From NCBI GenBank assembly GCA_913043225.1, contig CAJWLU010000005.1:96001-160000 (forward strand): 64,000 nucleotides of DNA. Direction: 5' to 3'. The position numbers and the translations under genes were made by a program. This document shows, piece after piece, positions 53,006 to 62,064 of the stretch. Position 1 is the first letter of the stretch; each line of letters opens with the position of its first letter. The notes beneath the pieces were generated by a model. It saw only the letters and a program-made list of their open reading frames with translations. It ran no database searches and was not told the origin of the DNA. The stretch is from an uncultured Acidobacteriota bacterium. Lineage in GTDB: Bacteria > Acidobacteriota > Vicinamibacteria > Vicinamibacterales > UBA8438.

Positions 53006-53764
53006 TCACTTCCTCGCGAATGCCATCAGATGCCACCCGAAACGCCTGACCAGCGGTCTTGGAATCAGGTTGAATCCACCCACGAACACGCCGTTGTAGG
53101 CGGCCGCACGCCAGCCCTTGTGCAAGCGTGACCGGACCGGGAACCGCTCGGGCACAACCCGCCGGTCGGCGAAGCCGTCGAGGAGACGATGAAATTCCGG
53201 AATCGAGTACTTCTCGAGCACCGGCGCGTCGGCATGCTCGAGCCCGACCCCCATCAGGGCAGACATCGCATTGAGCCAGGATACGCGGTTGTACACCATG
53301 AAGATCGCCTGTCCGCCCGGCGTCAACACCCGACGGCATTCCTCCACCATCAGCCGGACATCGGCCGTGTACTGCAAGACCCCATGCGCATAGACCACGT
53401 CGAACGACGCGTCGTCGAACTGCAGCGCCTCGCCGTTGCCAACCCGGAGGTCACCCTGCCCAGCAAGCCCATGCAGGTCAAAGTTCTGCCGGGCCAGCTC
53501 GATCGATCGCTCGGCGAGATCAACGCCCGTGACGTCGGCGCCACCCCGCGCGAACCGCAGCAGATCGGTACCGATGCCGCACCCAACCTCCAGCAACCGC
53601 TGGCCGGTAAAGCCACCAAAATCGACCAAGCGAGGCAAATAGTGGAGCTTGTCGAACCGGTAGTCGTCGAGGTCGTCGAAGAACTCACGGGTGCCGACCG
53701 GATGGTCCGTCATCTCGAGATCGTGAATCCGTTCGTTCCAGTAGGCGGCGATCTGGTCGATCAT
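53006..53764 (-). CDS. Class I SAM-dependent methyltransferase
   Basis: LEVGCGIG, F.DASFDVV, VL.PGG. Confidence 0.88.
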   Translation of the reverse strand: MIDQIAAYWNERIHDLEMTDHPVGTREFFDDLDDYRFDKLHYLPRLVDFGGFTGQRLLEVGCGIGTDLLRFARGGADVTGVDLAERSIELARQNFDLHGLAGQGDLRVGNGEALQFDDASFDVVYAHGVLQYTADVRLMVEECRRVLTPGGQAIFMVYNRVSWLNAMSALMGVGLEHADAPVLEKYSIPEFHRLLDGFADRRVVPERFPVRSRLHKGWRAAAYNGVFVGGFNLIPRPLVRRFGWHLMAFARK

Positions 53765-53771
53765 CGGGGCG

Positions 53772-53778
53772 TAGAATA
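53772..53778. promoter_or_regulatory. Overlapping bidirectional -10 elements
   Basis: TAGAAT (+) and TATTCT (-) in a 22-bp gap between divergent starts. Confidence 0.5.
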
Positions 53779-53786
53779 GCAGCGTC

Positions 53787-55409
53787 TTGATACGAGACCT
53801 ACGCACCTTAGCCGACACCGAGTTCGACCTCCTCGTCGTCGGCGCCGGCATCTACGGAGCGGCCATCGCCTGGGACGCGGCTCAGCGCGGACTCACGGTG
53901 GCGCTGATCGACCGCGCCGACTTCGGTGGCGGCACGTCGGCCAACAGCATGAAGACGGTGCACGGTGGGGTCCGATCACTTCAGACCGGCAATCCGGCCG
54001 AGCTCAGGCTCTTCGTGCGTGAGCGACGCGCGCTCTCGAGAATCGCGCCGCATCTCGTACATCCGCTCCCGTTCGTGGTGCCGACCTACGGAGGTCTGAC
54101 CCGCCATCCGCTGGCGATGCAAGCTGCGTTTAAGCTCTACGACTTCCTCTCTAGCGACCGGAACGCACAGCTCGATCGCACCAGGCACCTTCCACCCAGT
54201 CGGCGCATCACTCGGGACGAGTGCCTCGCCCTGAACCCCTTGATCGATCCGGAGGGCGTGACCGGCGGCATCGTCTGGCACGACTGCCAAATGTATAACC
54301 CTGACCGGGTGGTGCTCGCCTTCGTACAGTCGGCAGCCGCGGCCGGCGCCAGTGTCTCGAATTACGTTGACGCGACGGGCTGGCTCCGGGCCGGGAAACA
54401 GATCACTGGTATGCGGGTGGAAGACCGGCTCGGCGCGGGCATGTTCGACATCCGCGCCAGACTCGTGGTCAATGCCGCCGGCCCGTGGAGCCCGCAGCTC
54501 ACGGCTACCCTACCACCGGCGCTCGCTGCGGGACATCCACCCGGCTTCTCCAAGGCGATGAACCTAGTGACCCGGTCCGTCGGGACACGAGAGGCGGTGG
54601 GAGGTGTCGCGAACGGTCGATTCCTGTTCATCGCCCCCTGGCGAGGTGTGTCCATCGTTGGCACGAGTCACGAACCGTACGCGGGCTCTCCGGGCTCGCC
54701 GCCGATCAGTGACGACGACGTCACCCGCTTCCTGACCGAGGTCCGACAGGCATTCCCGCGGGCCGGATTGGGACATGATGATGTGCGGCTCGTCCACCGG
54801 GGCCTGCTGCCGTCAGCCGACCCCGAAGGGGAGACCCTCTCCAAGCAGAGCCTGGTGCGCGACCACCGCCAGGACGGCACCCCAGGCCTGATGAGCGCCA
54901 TCGGCGTGCGCTACACCACCGCACGAGCCACGGCCGCCGAGGCCACCGACCTGGCTCTCAAGATCCTGGGCCAGACACCGCGTCCTTCGCGGACCGCGAC
55001 CACGCCGCTCGCCGGTGGCGACCTCCACGACTGGGACAGCTTCCTCGACACCGCTGTGCCGTCGGACGTCCCGCTCGCCCTGGCCGACCGACGACGCCTG
55101 GCAGCCACCTACGGCACCGGCTGCCACACGCTGATTGACGCGCTAACCGCCGACCAGGAGCTGGCATCGCCTCTCTCCGACACCTGCCCAGTAACCCGCG
55201 GCGAGATCGCGCATGCCGTGCGAACGGAGATGGCGGTGGCGTTGTCAGATGCGGTGCTCCGGCGGACCGAAGCCGGGTCTGCGGGACATCCCGGGCCAGA
55301 AGCGCTTAAGGAAGCTGCCAACGTCATGGGCGCGCTGCGCTCTTGGTCGTCCGAGGAACGAGCGGCCCAAATCGCTGAGGTCGAACGTCACTACAGGCTG
55401 AACGCCTGA
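53787..55409 (+). CDS. glpD: FAD-dependent glycerol-3-phosphate dehydrogenase/oxidase-like
   Basis: GAGIYG, DFGGGTS..S.K.VHGG.R, VVNAAGPW, R.EMA..L.D..LRRT; TTG start. Confidence 0.82.
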   Translation: MIRDLRTLADTEFDLLVVGAGIYGAAIAWDAAQRGLTVALIDRADFGGGTSANSMKTVHGGVRSLQTGNPAELRLFVRERRALSRIAPHLVHPLPFVVPTYGGLTRHPLAMQAAFKLYDFLSSDRNAQLDRTRHLPPSRRITRDECLALNPLIDPEGVTGGIVWHDCQMYNPDRVVLAFVQSAAAAGASVSNYVDATGWLRAGKQITGMRVEDRLGAGMFDIRARLVVNAAGPWSPQLTATLPPALAAGHPPGFSKAMNLVTRSVGTREAVGGVANGRFLFIAPWRGVSIVGTSHEPYAGSPGSPPISDDDVTRFLTEVRQAFPRAGLGHDDVRLVHRGLLPSADPEGETLSKQSLVRDHRQDGTPGLMSAIGVRYTTARATAAEATDLALKILGQTPRPSRTATTPLAGGDLHDWDSFLDTAVPSDVPLALADRRRLAATYGTGCHTLIDALTADQELASPLSDTCPVTRGEIAHAVRTEMAVALSDAVLRRTEAGSAGHPGPEALKEAANVMGALRSWSSEERAAQIAEVERHYRLNA

Positions 55410-55412
55410 GGC

Positions 55413-57305
55413 TCAGTCCAGCCAGGCTTGCGCCCAGCGCTCCAGCACCATGAAGCAGAACAGCTGATGGGCGAAATTCTCGCGCCCCGCTACATGCTCG
55501 TCCATCATCCGCGTGACCAGCGCCGGCTCAAGCCACCCGCGGCGCTCGACGCGATCCGGCGCGAGCAGGTCCCGCATCAGCGGCGCCCAATCGTCCCGTA
55601 GCCACTGCTTCATCGGGATCGAGAATCCCTCCTTGCCACGGGTCAGGATCGCCTCCGGCAAGCGGTCTCGCATGGCGGCCTTCAAGACATGCTTGCGCTG
55701 ACCCTGGTGAAGTTTCATGGTCCCAGGCATGGAGAAAGCGAGTTCCATCACATCCACGTCCAAGAACGGTGCCCGCGTCTCGAGGGAGGTCGCCATGCTC
55801 ATCCTGTCGACCTTCGCCAGGATGTCATCGTTCAAATAAACCTGCAGGTCAGCATAGAGCTGGCGATTGAGCAGATCATCGGTGTGCGCCCCACGAAGAT
55901 GGCGCCGGATCGGAGCGTAGACGTCGCTCGATAAGAGCGCATCTTGGAGCGCTGGGGTGTAGAGTCGGCGCTTCACTCCCACATCCAGGAAGGTCATCCA
56001 GCGATAGTGCGCGATCGCACTCGGTGCGGTGGCAAGGCCCAGCGTGAAGCGGCGAAGTTTGTTGACCAGTCCCTTCTTCTTCTCGCTCGGAGGCAGCAGG
56101 GCGGTTACCGATGACAGGAGCGGCATCGCCGCGTCGGGCACAACGAGCGCCACCTGTCGCGCCAGCGCCTCGGCCTCATACGCGTCGTAGCCGGCGAAGA
56201 GCTCGTCTCCTCCGTCACCGGACAACGCTACCGTCACATGCTCCCGCGCCACCTGGGAAACCAGGTAGGTCGGAAACAGTGACACGTCGCCAAATGGCTG
56301 GTCGAAGTGGGTGACGAGTTGGTCGAACAGCGCTAACAGATCCGGCTCGACCATTCGTTCGTGATGGTCGGTGCCAAAAGCCGACGCCACCTCTCTAGCG
56401 TAGGGCAACTCGTTGTAGCTCGCCGCTTCGAACCCCATGCTGAAGGTCTTGACCCGGTCACCCTGCCCTGCCGCCTCGACCATCAGCGACACGACCGCAC
56501 TCGAGTCGATCCCACCCGACAGGAAGGCACCCAGCGGCACGTCGGACATCATCTGTCCCGCCACCGCCCGCTCCAACGCTTCGCGAAGCGCATCAGCTGC
56601 CTCGGCCTCATCCCAGCGCCGCATCTCAATCGCGGCGACATCCCAGTAGCGCTCGACCCGCACCGCCCCACGCTCGTAGAGCAAATAGTGAGCGGGCGGC
56701 AGCGCCCGGACCTCGCTGAAGATCGTGCGCGGGGTCAGGACGTACTCGTAGGTCAGGAATTGGTCGAGTGCCTCAAGATCGACCTGCCGCGAGATCTCGG
56801 AACGGGTGAGCAACGCCTTGATCTCGGACCCGAACAGGAACTGCGCGGGCGTCTGTGAGTAGTAGAACGGCTTCTCTCCCGCGCGATCTCGGCCACAAAA
56901 CAACCGACGGGCACCCTCGTCCCAGAGCGCGAACGCGAACATCCCGCGGAGCCGCCCGAGGATCTCGACACCGAACGCCTCGTAGCCATGCACCAACACC
57001 TCGATATCGGACCGACTCCGAAACCGGTGCCCCCTGGCCTCGAGTTCCGACCGCAGTTCGAGGTGGTTGTAGATCTCGCCATTCGCTACGAGATGAATCG
57101 TCCTGTCCTCGTTCGAGAACGGCTGCTGCCCCCCGTCCACGTCGATGATGGAGAGCCGACGCATCCCCAGTCCGACACCGGCTCCGAGGTGCAATCCTTC
57201 ATCGTCCGGTCCTCGGTGACGGAGCGCATCGACCATCCGCCGGAACGCGTCCTGGTCCACGGGGCGGGCTAGGTCTCGTTCGACGATGCCGGCAATACCG
57301 CACAT
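55413..57305 (-). CDS. asnB: Asparagine synthase (glutamine-hydrolysing) family amidotransferase
   Basis: MCGIAG, HRGPD, NGEIYN, FLSGGIDSS, SGDGGDE, KVDRMSM. Confidence 0.95.
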   Translation of the reverse strand: MCGIAGIVERDLARPVDQDAFRRMVDALRHRGPDDEGLHLGAGVGLGMRRLSIIDVDGGQQPFSNEDRTIHLVANGEIYNHLELRSELEARGHRFRSRSDIEVLVHGYEAFGVEILGRLRGMFAFALWDEGARRLFCGRDRAGEKPFYYSQTPAQFLFGSEIKALLTRSEISRQVDLEALDQFLTYEYVLTPRTIFSEVRALPPAHYLLYERGAVRVERYWDVAAIEMRRWDEAEAADALREALERAVAGQMMSDVPLGAFLSGGIDSSAVVSLMVEAAGQGDRVKTFSMGFEAASYNELPYAREVASAFGTDHHERMVEPDLLALFDQLVTHFDQPFGDVSLFPTYLVSQVAREHVTVALSGDGGDELFAGYDAYEAEALARQVALVVPDAAMPLLSSVTALLPPSEKKKGLVNKLRRFTLGLATAPSAIAHYRWMTFLDVGVKRRLYTPALQDALLSSDVYAPIRRHLRGAHTDDLLNRQLYADLQVYLNDDILAKVDRMSMATSLETRAPFLDVDVMELAFSMPGTMKLHQGQRKHVLKAAMRDRLPEAILTRGKEGFSIPMKQWLRDDWAPLMRDLLAPDRVERRGWLEPALVTRMMDEHVAGRENFAHQLFCFMVLERWAQAWLD

Positions 57306-57459
57306 GACTAGGAGGGTAACAAAGAGGACGGCCGCGCTTCGCGACTGGCCGGGCAGAAAGAACACCCGATGGTACAATGCGTCAGAACGCCAGCGCCAGC
57401 CAGCGCCCGGCATCTCACACATTCCATCGATGGTCCACTCACCTCCCGTGTCAACCGCG

Positions 57460-58896
57460 ATGCCGACCGTAGTCTGCCGGCTCGCCTCCATTGCGGGCCT
57501 AGCCCTAACGGCGGCCTGCGGTCCAACGGCCGGCGACACCTCAGAGACCGCGCCGATCCAACCGGCCTCGGCCGCGATAGCCCCTGACGGGGTTGCCGCC
57601 GTCACCGGAGGACATACCCGGGCTGTCTGGATTCAGGACCAGGGCGATGGCACCGACATCCTCGGATTCGGTAATCAGGTGACGATCGTCGGCTTCGACA
57701 GCGATGACGGACAGGGGGAACGGGCGATCGTGGCCGCTGCGGGAACGTTTGCTAAGCCGCTGTTCACCCGCAATGGCGACCGGGTCATCTATGCCGACCG
57801 GACCAATGACGCGGTGCGGGTCGTAAATTTCGATGGCACGGACGACCGTCGCGTCACCACCGGCTTCCCCCTTGCCACCTGGATCGATCCAGAAAGCAGC
57901 GTCGAGTGGGTGTACGTCGGTACCGCGCCGCAAGGTACCGACCCGGAATCGTATGGCCAGGTCCACCGGCACCAGATCGACCAGCCGGACCAGCCGGAAC
58001 TTGTCTGGGACCGCAGGTCGGTCAGTGGCGACAGCTTCCAGGTGTCACGGGACGGCCGTCTCGCCGGCGCCCTCGCGCGGTGGCCCGAGGCTGGGCTGCT
58101 CGAGCTGCCCAACGGTGAGTGGCATCCGCTGGGCGAAGGCTGCTGGACCTCTCTAGCGGCCGACGACAGCGGGCTGTTCTGGTACTTCGACGGCCAGCAC
58201 CGAAATCTCACCATCGTGGACAACGACGCCGATGACCGCTGGACCGTCAACATCAACAGCGCCCCGGGCATCGACGGCTTCGAGGTCTACCATCCACGCT
58301 GGTCGAATCATCCGCGTTTTCTGGTCATGACCGGACCCTACACGGAGGGGGGCGGAGGCAACAAGATCCGCGGCGGCGGCCAAGGGGTGGAGATTCACGT
58401 GGGCCGCTTCTCTGCCGATCATCGCCGGGTGGAGGCCTGGACCCGGATCTCGACCAACGACGTCGCCGACTTCTACCCTGACGTATGGATTGCACCGGAC
58501 GTCGCCGTGCCGTCGAGCCCCACGACGGCTGCCGGCGAGGGCGTGGCCGATGTCACAGCCGACGCTCCGATCTTGGTGGCGGTACGGGTCACCCAATCGG
58601 TACCCCTACCCTCGCCAGCCGATATCGCCCCTTACCGCAACGGTCTTCTCGTCCTCGAGTACGACGTCGTGGAGATCATTGACGGGACCTACTCGGAGGA
58701 CACCGTACTCGCCGCGCACTGGATCATCGCGGACGGAGAGACGCTCGTCGCGGCTCGTCGCCCTGCTGGAACAACGCTCCGACTTCGCCTCGAGCCCTAC
58801 ACCGCGCACCCCGAGCTCGAAGGTGAGCGCCTGGTGATGAACAGCGACCGCTTTGATCTCCCTCTCCTCTACGACGTCGCCTCGGATCCACGGTGA
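57460..58896 (+). CDS. Lipoprotein with TolB-like propeller and C-terminal beta domain
   Basis: LTAAC lipobox; HPRWSN; PSP..IAPY...HW..HPELE; start uncertain. Confidence 0.65.
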   Translation: MPTVVCRLASIAGLALTAACGPTAGDTSETAPIQPASAAIAPDGVAAVTGGHTRAVWIQDQGDGTDILGFGNQVTIVGFDSDDGQGERAIVAAAGTFAKPLFTRNGDRVIYADRTNDAVRVVNFDGTDDRRVTTGFPLATWIDPESSVEWVYVGTAPQGTDPESYGQVHRHQIDQPDQPELVWDRRSVSGDSFQVSRDGRLAGALARWPEAGLLELPNGEWHPLGEGCWTSLAADDSGLFWYFDGQHRNLTIVDNDADDRWTVNINSAPGIDGFEVYHPRWSNHPRFLVMTGPYTEGGGGNKIRGGGQGVEIHVGRFSADHRRVEAWTRISTNDVADFYPDVWIAPDVAVPSSPTTAAGEGVADVTADAPILVAVRVTQSVPLPSPADIAPYRNGLLVLEYDVVEIIDGTYSEDTVLAAHWIIADGETLVAARRPAGTTLRLRLEPYTAHPELEGERLVMNSDRFDLPLLYDVASDPR

Positions 58897-59945
58897 TGGG
58901 TCTCAGCAGCGCCAGGACCCGGCTCCTGCGGGTGACGGGCGCCGGAGCAGCGGCGTCCATCCTGTGGGCTGGATGCGGCGGCGGGACACCCCTCGACGAG
59001 CTGCTGCCTTCGTTTCGGTCCGAACTGACCCGGCTGGCGCAAGACGCCAAGCAGCGACCTGATGGGGCCGTGATCGGGGTCGACGGCTGGCATTTTCACG
59101 GCCCGGAACTCGCCAACGTGGGTGCGCCGCCGCGCCGGCCGGATGCGGCCACCCGTACCGTTCTCGACGTGAAAGCGCAGCTCGATTCTGTCGGTGTCGA
59201 GTTGTTGCTGGTGCCAATCCCGTCCAAGTCGATCATCTTTCCCGAAAAAGTGGCCTCCGAACTTGAGATTCCGATTCCCGTTCCACGATTCGACCCGGAG
59301 CTGCAAGCCGTCTACGAAACACTGCGAGCGGCCGGCGTCGAGGTGCTGGATCTAACCCGACGGTTCATTCGGGAACGGTTCCACCCGGAAGGTCCACTAT
59401 TCTGTCGCACCGACCGTCACTGGTCTGGCACCGGCTGCACCGAGGCTGCATCTGCTATCGGGGAATGGGTCCGGGACCGCGCGTGGTTCGACGAGCTGAC
59501 GACCGAGGAGTTCGGCGCGGCCTGGTACAGCACGACCATCGAGGGTGACCTGGCCACGACAGACACGTCCGAGCGTGAGGAACTGCGGCTCCGGGGGATC
59601 GTCAGGAGCACGACCGAGGGGCCTGTCTCCCCGGCACCGGACCGTGCGAGCCCGATTATCCTGCTGGGCGACAGGCACTCGCTGGTCTTCCATTCGGGCG
59701 TGGGCATCGAGGTGCGCGGGGCCGGTCTGCCCGAACAGCTAGCTTTCGAGTTGGGTGCGGCGGTGGACCTGGTAGCGGAAGCGGACGACTTGGGTACTGC
59801 CCGTGGGCGTCAGCGCCTGTCCGACCGAGCGGGAACCGAAGAAGGTTTTTGGGCGTCCAAGCGACTAGTGATCTGGTGCTTCGCGTCCAGCAGCCTCGCC
59901 AACGACCAGGGATGGACCCCGACTCGGCTCGTCCCCGAGGCCTAG
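58893..59945 (+). CDS. AlgX/AlgJ-like SGNH O-acetyltransferase-fold lipoprotein (catalytic Ser apparently Arg)
   Basis: GVDGW.F, LLVP.PSK..I.PE, TDRHWS, LLGDRH, IWCF. Confidence 0.75.
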   Translation: MMGLSSARTRLLRVTGAGAAASILWAGCGGGTPLDELLPSFRSELTRLAQDAKQRPDGAVIGVDGWHFHGPELANVGAPPRRPDAATRTVLDVKAQLDSVGVELLLVPIPSKSIIFPEKVASELEIPIPVPRFDPELQAVYETLRAAGVEVLDLTRRFIRERFHPEGPLFCRTDRHWSGTGCTEAASAIGEWVRDRAWFDELTTEEFGAAWYSTTIEGDLATTDTSEREELRLRGIVRSTTEGPVSPAPDRASPIILLGDRHSLVFHSGVGIEVRGAGLPEQLAFELGAAVDLVAEADDLGTARGRQRLSDRAGTEEGFWASKRLVIWCFASSSLANDQGWTPTRLVPEA

Positions 59946-60157
59946 CGAATCTCCGGGACCGTGTCCCGAACCAAAAAACGAAAGGTGGCGAACGCACCCA
60001 CCACAGCGGCGCCCTTCGGACGAATCATCTTCCGGCGGCTGCAGCAGCGTTTCGGTACAATGCGCACATCGAACGTCGAGGCCCCATCGATGCGTTGCTT
60101 ACTCCCCGAGTGTCAGGGTACCGCCACGAACGTGGCCGTCTACGCCAGGGTCGCGCC

Positions 60158-61249
60158 ATGCGTCTAAGTCGGCGGCGTGTACTCCAGGCCGGCTTGACTC
60201 TGGGCGGACTAGCGGCAACGTCACGGCTGACCGCGGCATCAGCTGCGCTCCGGGCTCAGACCCGCTGCCTGGTCGGCGATCTGAACATCGAGATCCGACG
60301 ACTCCTCGACGCCCCAATCATCTACCCCGATCTCGACGGCGGCATCGGCACCAATATCCAGGGACCATCGCTCATCGAGGTCCCGGACTGGGTGCCCCGC
60401 CCCCTGGGCCGTTACTACCTGTATTTCGCCGACCACAAGGGCTCGTATATCCGACTGGCGTTTGCCGACGAGCTTGACGGCCCTTGGTCCATTCACCCTC
60501 CAGGGGCGCTCGACCTGGATCGGTCGCATTTCCTGGCCACTCCGGCGCCGGTGTCGGACGAAGAGCGTGCCCGCCTTGAGGCGGCACCATCACGCGGCGA
60601 GGGCGTCCCCTCAGCGCTCTTCACCGCTACCCAGCCGCACCTAGCCTCGCCCGACGTACATGTGCGGCGGGACCGGCGGCAGATCGTGATGTACTACCAT
60701 GGGCTTGAGGGCCTAAGCCTTCAACGCACACGCGTGGCCACGTCTCCTGACGGACTGCGCTTCACTGCCAGGCCGGAGCTGCTCGGCCGCTCCTACTTCC
60801 GTGCGTTTCCCTACCGCGGGTACTGGTATGCCCTGTCCATGCCGGGCGTCATCTACCGCTCCAGGGACGGCTTGAGCGGCTTCGAGGAAGGTCCGACACT
60901 GTTCGAGCCGACGATGCGCCATGCAGCCGTCCTGCGACGCCGTAACCGGCTGTTCGTGTTCTGGTCCAACGTGGGCGATAACCCGGAACGGATCCTGCTC
61001 AGCACGATCGAGCTCTCGGACGACTGGCGAAACTGGACGGCCGAGGGCCAGCGTGAGGTCCTGCGGCCGGAATGGGCCTGGGAGGGTGCCGAGCTTCCGC
61101 GCGATCCGTCTGTCCGTGACGCCATCAACATCCGGGTGAATCAGGTCCGCGACCCTGCAATCTACGTCGAGAATGACCGGGTCTACCTGCTCTACTCGGT
61201 CGCGGGCGAAGCGGGCATCGGGATCGCGGAACTCACCCTACGCTGCTGA
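60158..61249 (+). CDS. Tat-exported five-bladed propeller glycoside hydrolase-like protein
   Basis: SRRRVL Tat motif; GPSLI, YYLYFADH.G.YIRLA, ASPDV, RDPAI. Confidence 0.7.
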   Translation: MRLSRRRVLQAGLTLGGLAATSRLTAASAALRAQTRCLVGDLNIEIRRLLDAPIIYPDLDGGIGTNIQGPSLIEVPDWVPRPLGRYYLYFADHKGSYIRLAFADELDGPWSIHPPGALDLDRSHFLATPAPVSDEERARLEAAPSRGEGVPSALFTATQPHLASPDVHVRRDRRQIVMYYHGLEGLSLQRTRVATSPDGLRFTARPELLGRSYFRAFPYRGYWYALSMPGVIYRSRDGLSGFEEGPTLFEPTMRHAAVLRRRNRLFVFWSNVGDNPERILLSTIELSDDWRNWTAEGQREVLRPEWAWEGAELPRDPSVRDAINIRVNQVRDPAIYVENDRVYLLYSVAGEAGIGIAELTLRC

Positions 61250-61326
61250 CCTTTCCCCGCGCAGGCCCCAGAGAACCTCTCGGACCATGGCCCCGATCCA
61301 GTTGCCCGGGTGACGACACGGGGCAT

Positions 61327-62064
61327 CTAGAAGTCGGTCCGACGCAGAACCCAGGTTGGGAGCGAGCGGATGATCAACATCACCAGACGCCAGACCGGCG
61401 GAACATAGGCCACGCTCGCCCCACGATCGATCGCCCGCAGGGCTCCGCGCGCCGCCTCATCAGGTCCAACCGCGAAGGGCGGCTCGTCGAGCGCTGCCGT
61501 CATGCTCGTCCGGACAAACCCCGGCTTGATCAGCACCGTCCGCAGCCCGGCCTCTCGATACCGCAGGTCCACCCCTTCGAGATAGGACGACAGGCCGGCC
61601 TTGGCCGCCCCGTAGAGCACCACCTTTTTCCGGGCGCGGTCACCGGCGACCGAGCTGAAGACGCAGAGTGTTCCGCCCCCATCGGCGAGGAGCCGCATCC
61701 GCACCTGCTCGCAAAATTCGACGGTGTTCGCGAAATCCACCGACAGTACTCTCTGGCGAAGTACCGCGTCTGCCTCCAGTGACTCCTGCGTACCAAACAA
61801 GCCGGCGGTCACCACGACGGTATCGACGCCCTCAAGCCCGGCCCACGCCGCGTCGAGGGCAGCCTCGAACCCGGAGCGGCTCTCCAGATCGCAGAACGCG
61901 GTCCCCACGGACCCGGACGCGCCACGCGCGGTGAGATCGGCCGCCGTCACCTCAAGTGCCGACTCGTCTCGCCCGAGCAGGAAGAGCTGATCGCCCCGTT
62001 CGACCATCAGACGAGCCAGGGAGCGCCCCATCCCCCGCGTCGCACCGATCAGGAGCGCCTTCAT
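61327..62064 (-). CDS. DprE2-like SDR reductase
   Basis: IGATRGMG, SSVAGDR.R, YGAAK, KPGFVRT.MT; coupled to the dprE1-like gene. Confidence 0.82.
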   Translation of the reverse strand: MKALLIGATRGMGRSLARLMVERGDQLFLLGRDESALEVTAADLTARGASGSVGTAFCDLESRSGFEAALDAAWAGLEGVDTVVVTAGLFGTQESLEADAVLRQRVLSVDFANTVEFCEQVRMRLLADGGGTLCVFSSVAGDRARKKVVLYGAAKAGLSSYLEGVDLRYREAGLRTVLIKPGFVRTSMTAALDEPPFAVGPDEAARGALRAIDRGASVAYVPPVWRLVMLIIRSLPTWVLRRTDF

